Assembly: GCF_006345805.1 (NCBI RefSeq)
Contig: NC_043010.1
Location: 58,094,001-58,158,000, forward strand
Direction: 5' to 3'
Origin: Octopus sinensis
Lineage: Eukaryota
DNA length: 64,000 nucleotides
The notes under the pieces were generated by a model that made no database searches, was not told where the DNA came from, and was given only the letters and a program-made list of their open reading frames with translations. Made by a program: the position numbers and the translations under genes. Shown here one piece after another: positions 63,477 through 64,000 of this stretch (its first letter is position 1; every line of letters starts with the position of its first letter).

Positions 63477-64000
63477 AATACCACTCCAACAACACTTGAG
63501 TATTACACTGTTTAAACCACTACATCTTCATCTCTGCTCCATTGACAGGAGTGCAATGCCAGAGGTGAGTGCTTGACAGTAACTTGTTGTTGAAGAGTTG
63601 CAGAAGAAGTGTGTCACCTTGTAGCAGACCACAATCAGTAGTGTTATCCTGCACATCACTGTTTCATGTTGGTTGCTGTTGCTGCAACATGCAATACATG
63701 CAGTATAAATGCACTGATATATGGTGTGACGAGTGCACATTCAGGCTGCAACACATTGCAATGCCTGTCAGCTGACACATTTACAACACACAGAACACCA
63801 AATGCAAGTGTGCAACAATGTTTTATGCTGTGCAGTAATGCATGTTTGCATAATAATCCACAGCAGCAACTGTAAGAGTGCAGCTAAATTGCAGTAGAGT
63901 TGCAGTATTAGCTGGCACAACATGTGACAGTGGCATGTTTACATGTGTGTGTGTGTGCATGCGTGTGTGTGTGTGTGTTTTGTATATGATTTTGTGACAT

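Overview
AT-rich eukaryotic genomic DNA, not microbial, so no operons or CRISPR arrays. It is most likely octopus or another coleoid cephalopod; this is an inference from the extreme (TA)n/(CA)n/(GATA)n/(TAA)n/(CAT)n microsatellite load and the tRNA-derived CORE-type and Meta-like SINE families. No convincing host protein-coding exon was found, and most ORFs in the track are microsatellite read-throughs. The window looks like a large intron or gene desert packed with decayed mobile DNA: a co-oriented stack of R4/Dong-type LINE fragments around (TAA)n tracts (8.3-19.3 kb), a Penelope-like element (RT + GIY-YIG) with an inverted terminal repeat copy, a CR1/jockey-group RT fragment, two mariner copies sharing one deletion, a Helitron inside a hAT MITE, piggyBac-type MITEs, several foldback hairpins and many SINEs. 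The most interesting signal is two separate non-coding repeat types with degenerate hammerhead-ribozyme cores. One is a head-to-head palindrome in which each arm joins a tRNA-like Pol III head to a Penelope-type hammerhead core (1.7-2.3 kb). The other is a tandem-plus-inverted array of a ~490-bp unit (29.7-31.0 kb). Together they suggest a SINE/retrozyme-like system that might be mobilised by Penelope-like elements (inference). All alignments were done by eye, coordinates are approximate to a few bases, and family names are unverified against databases.
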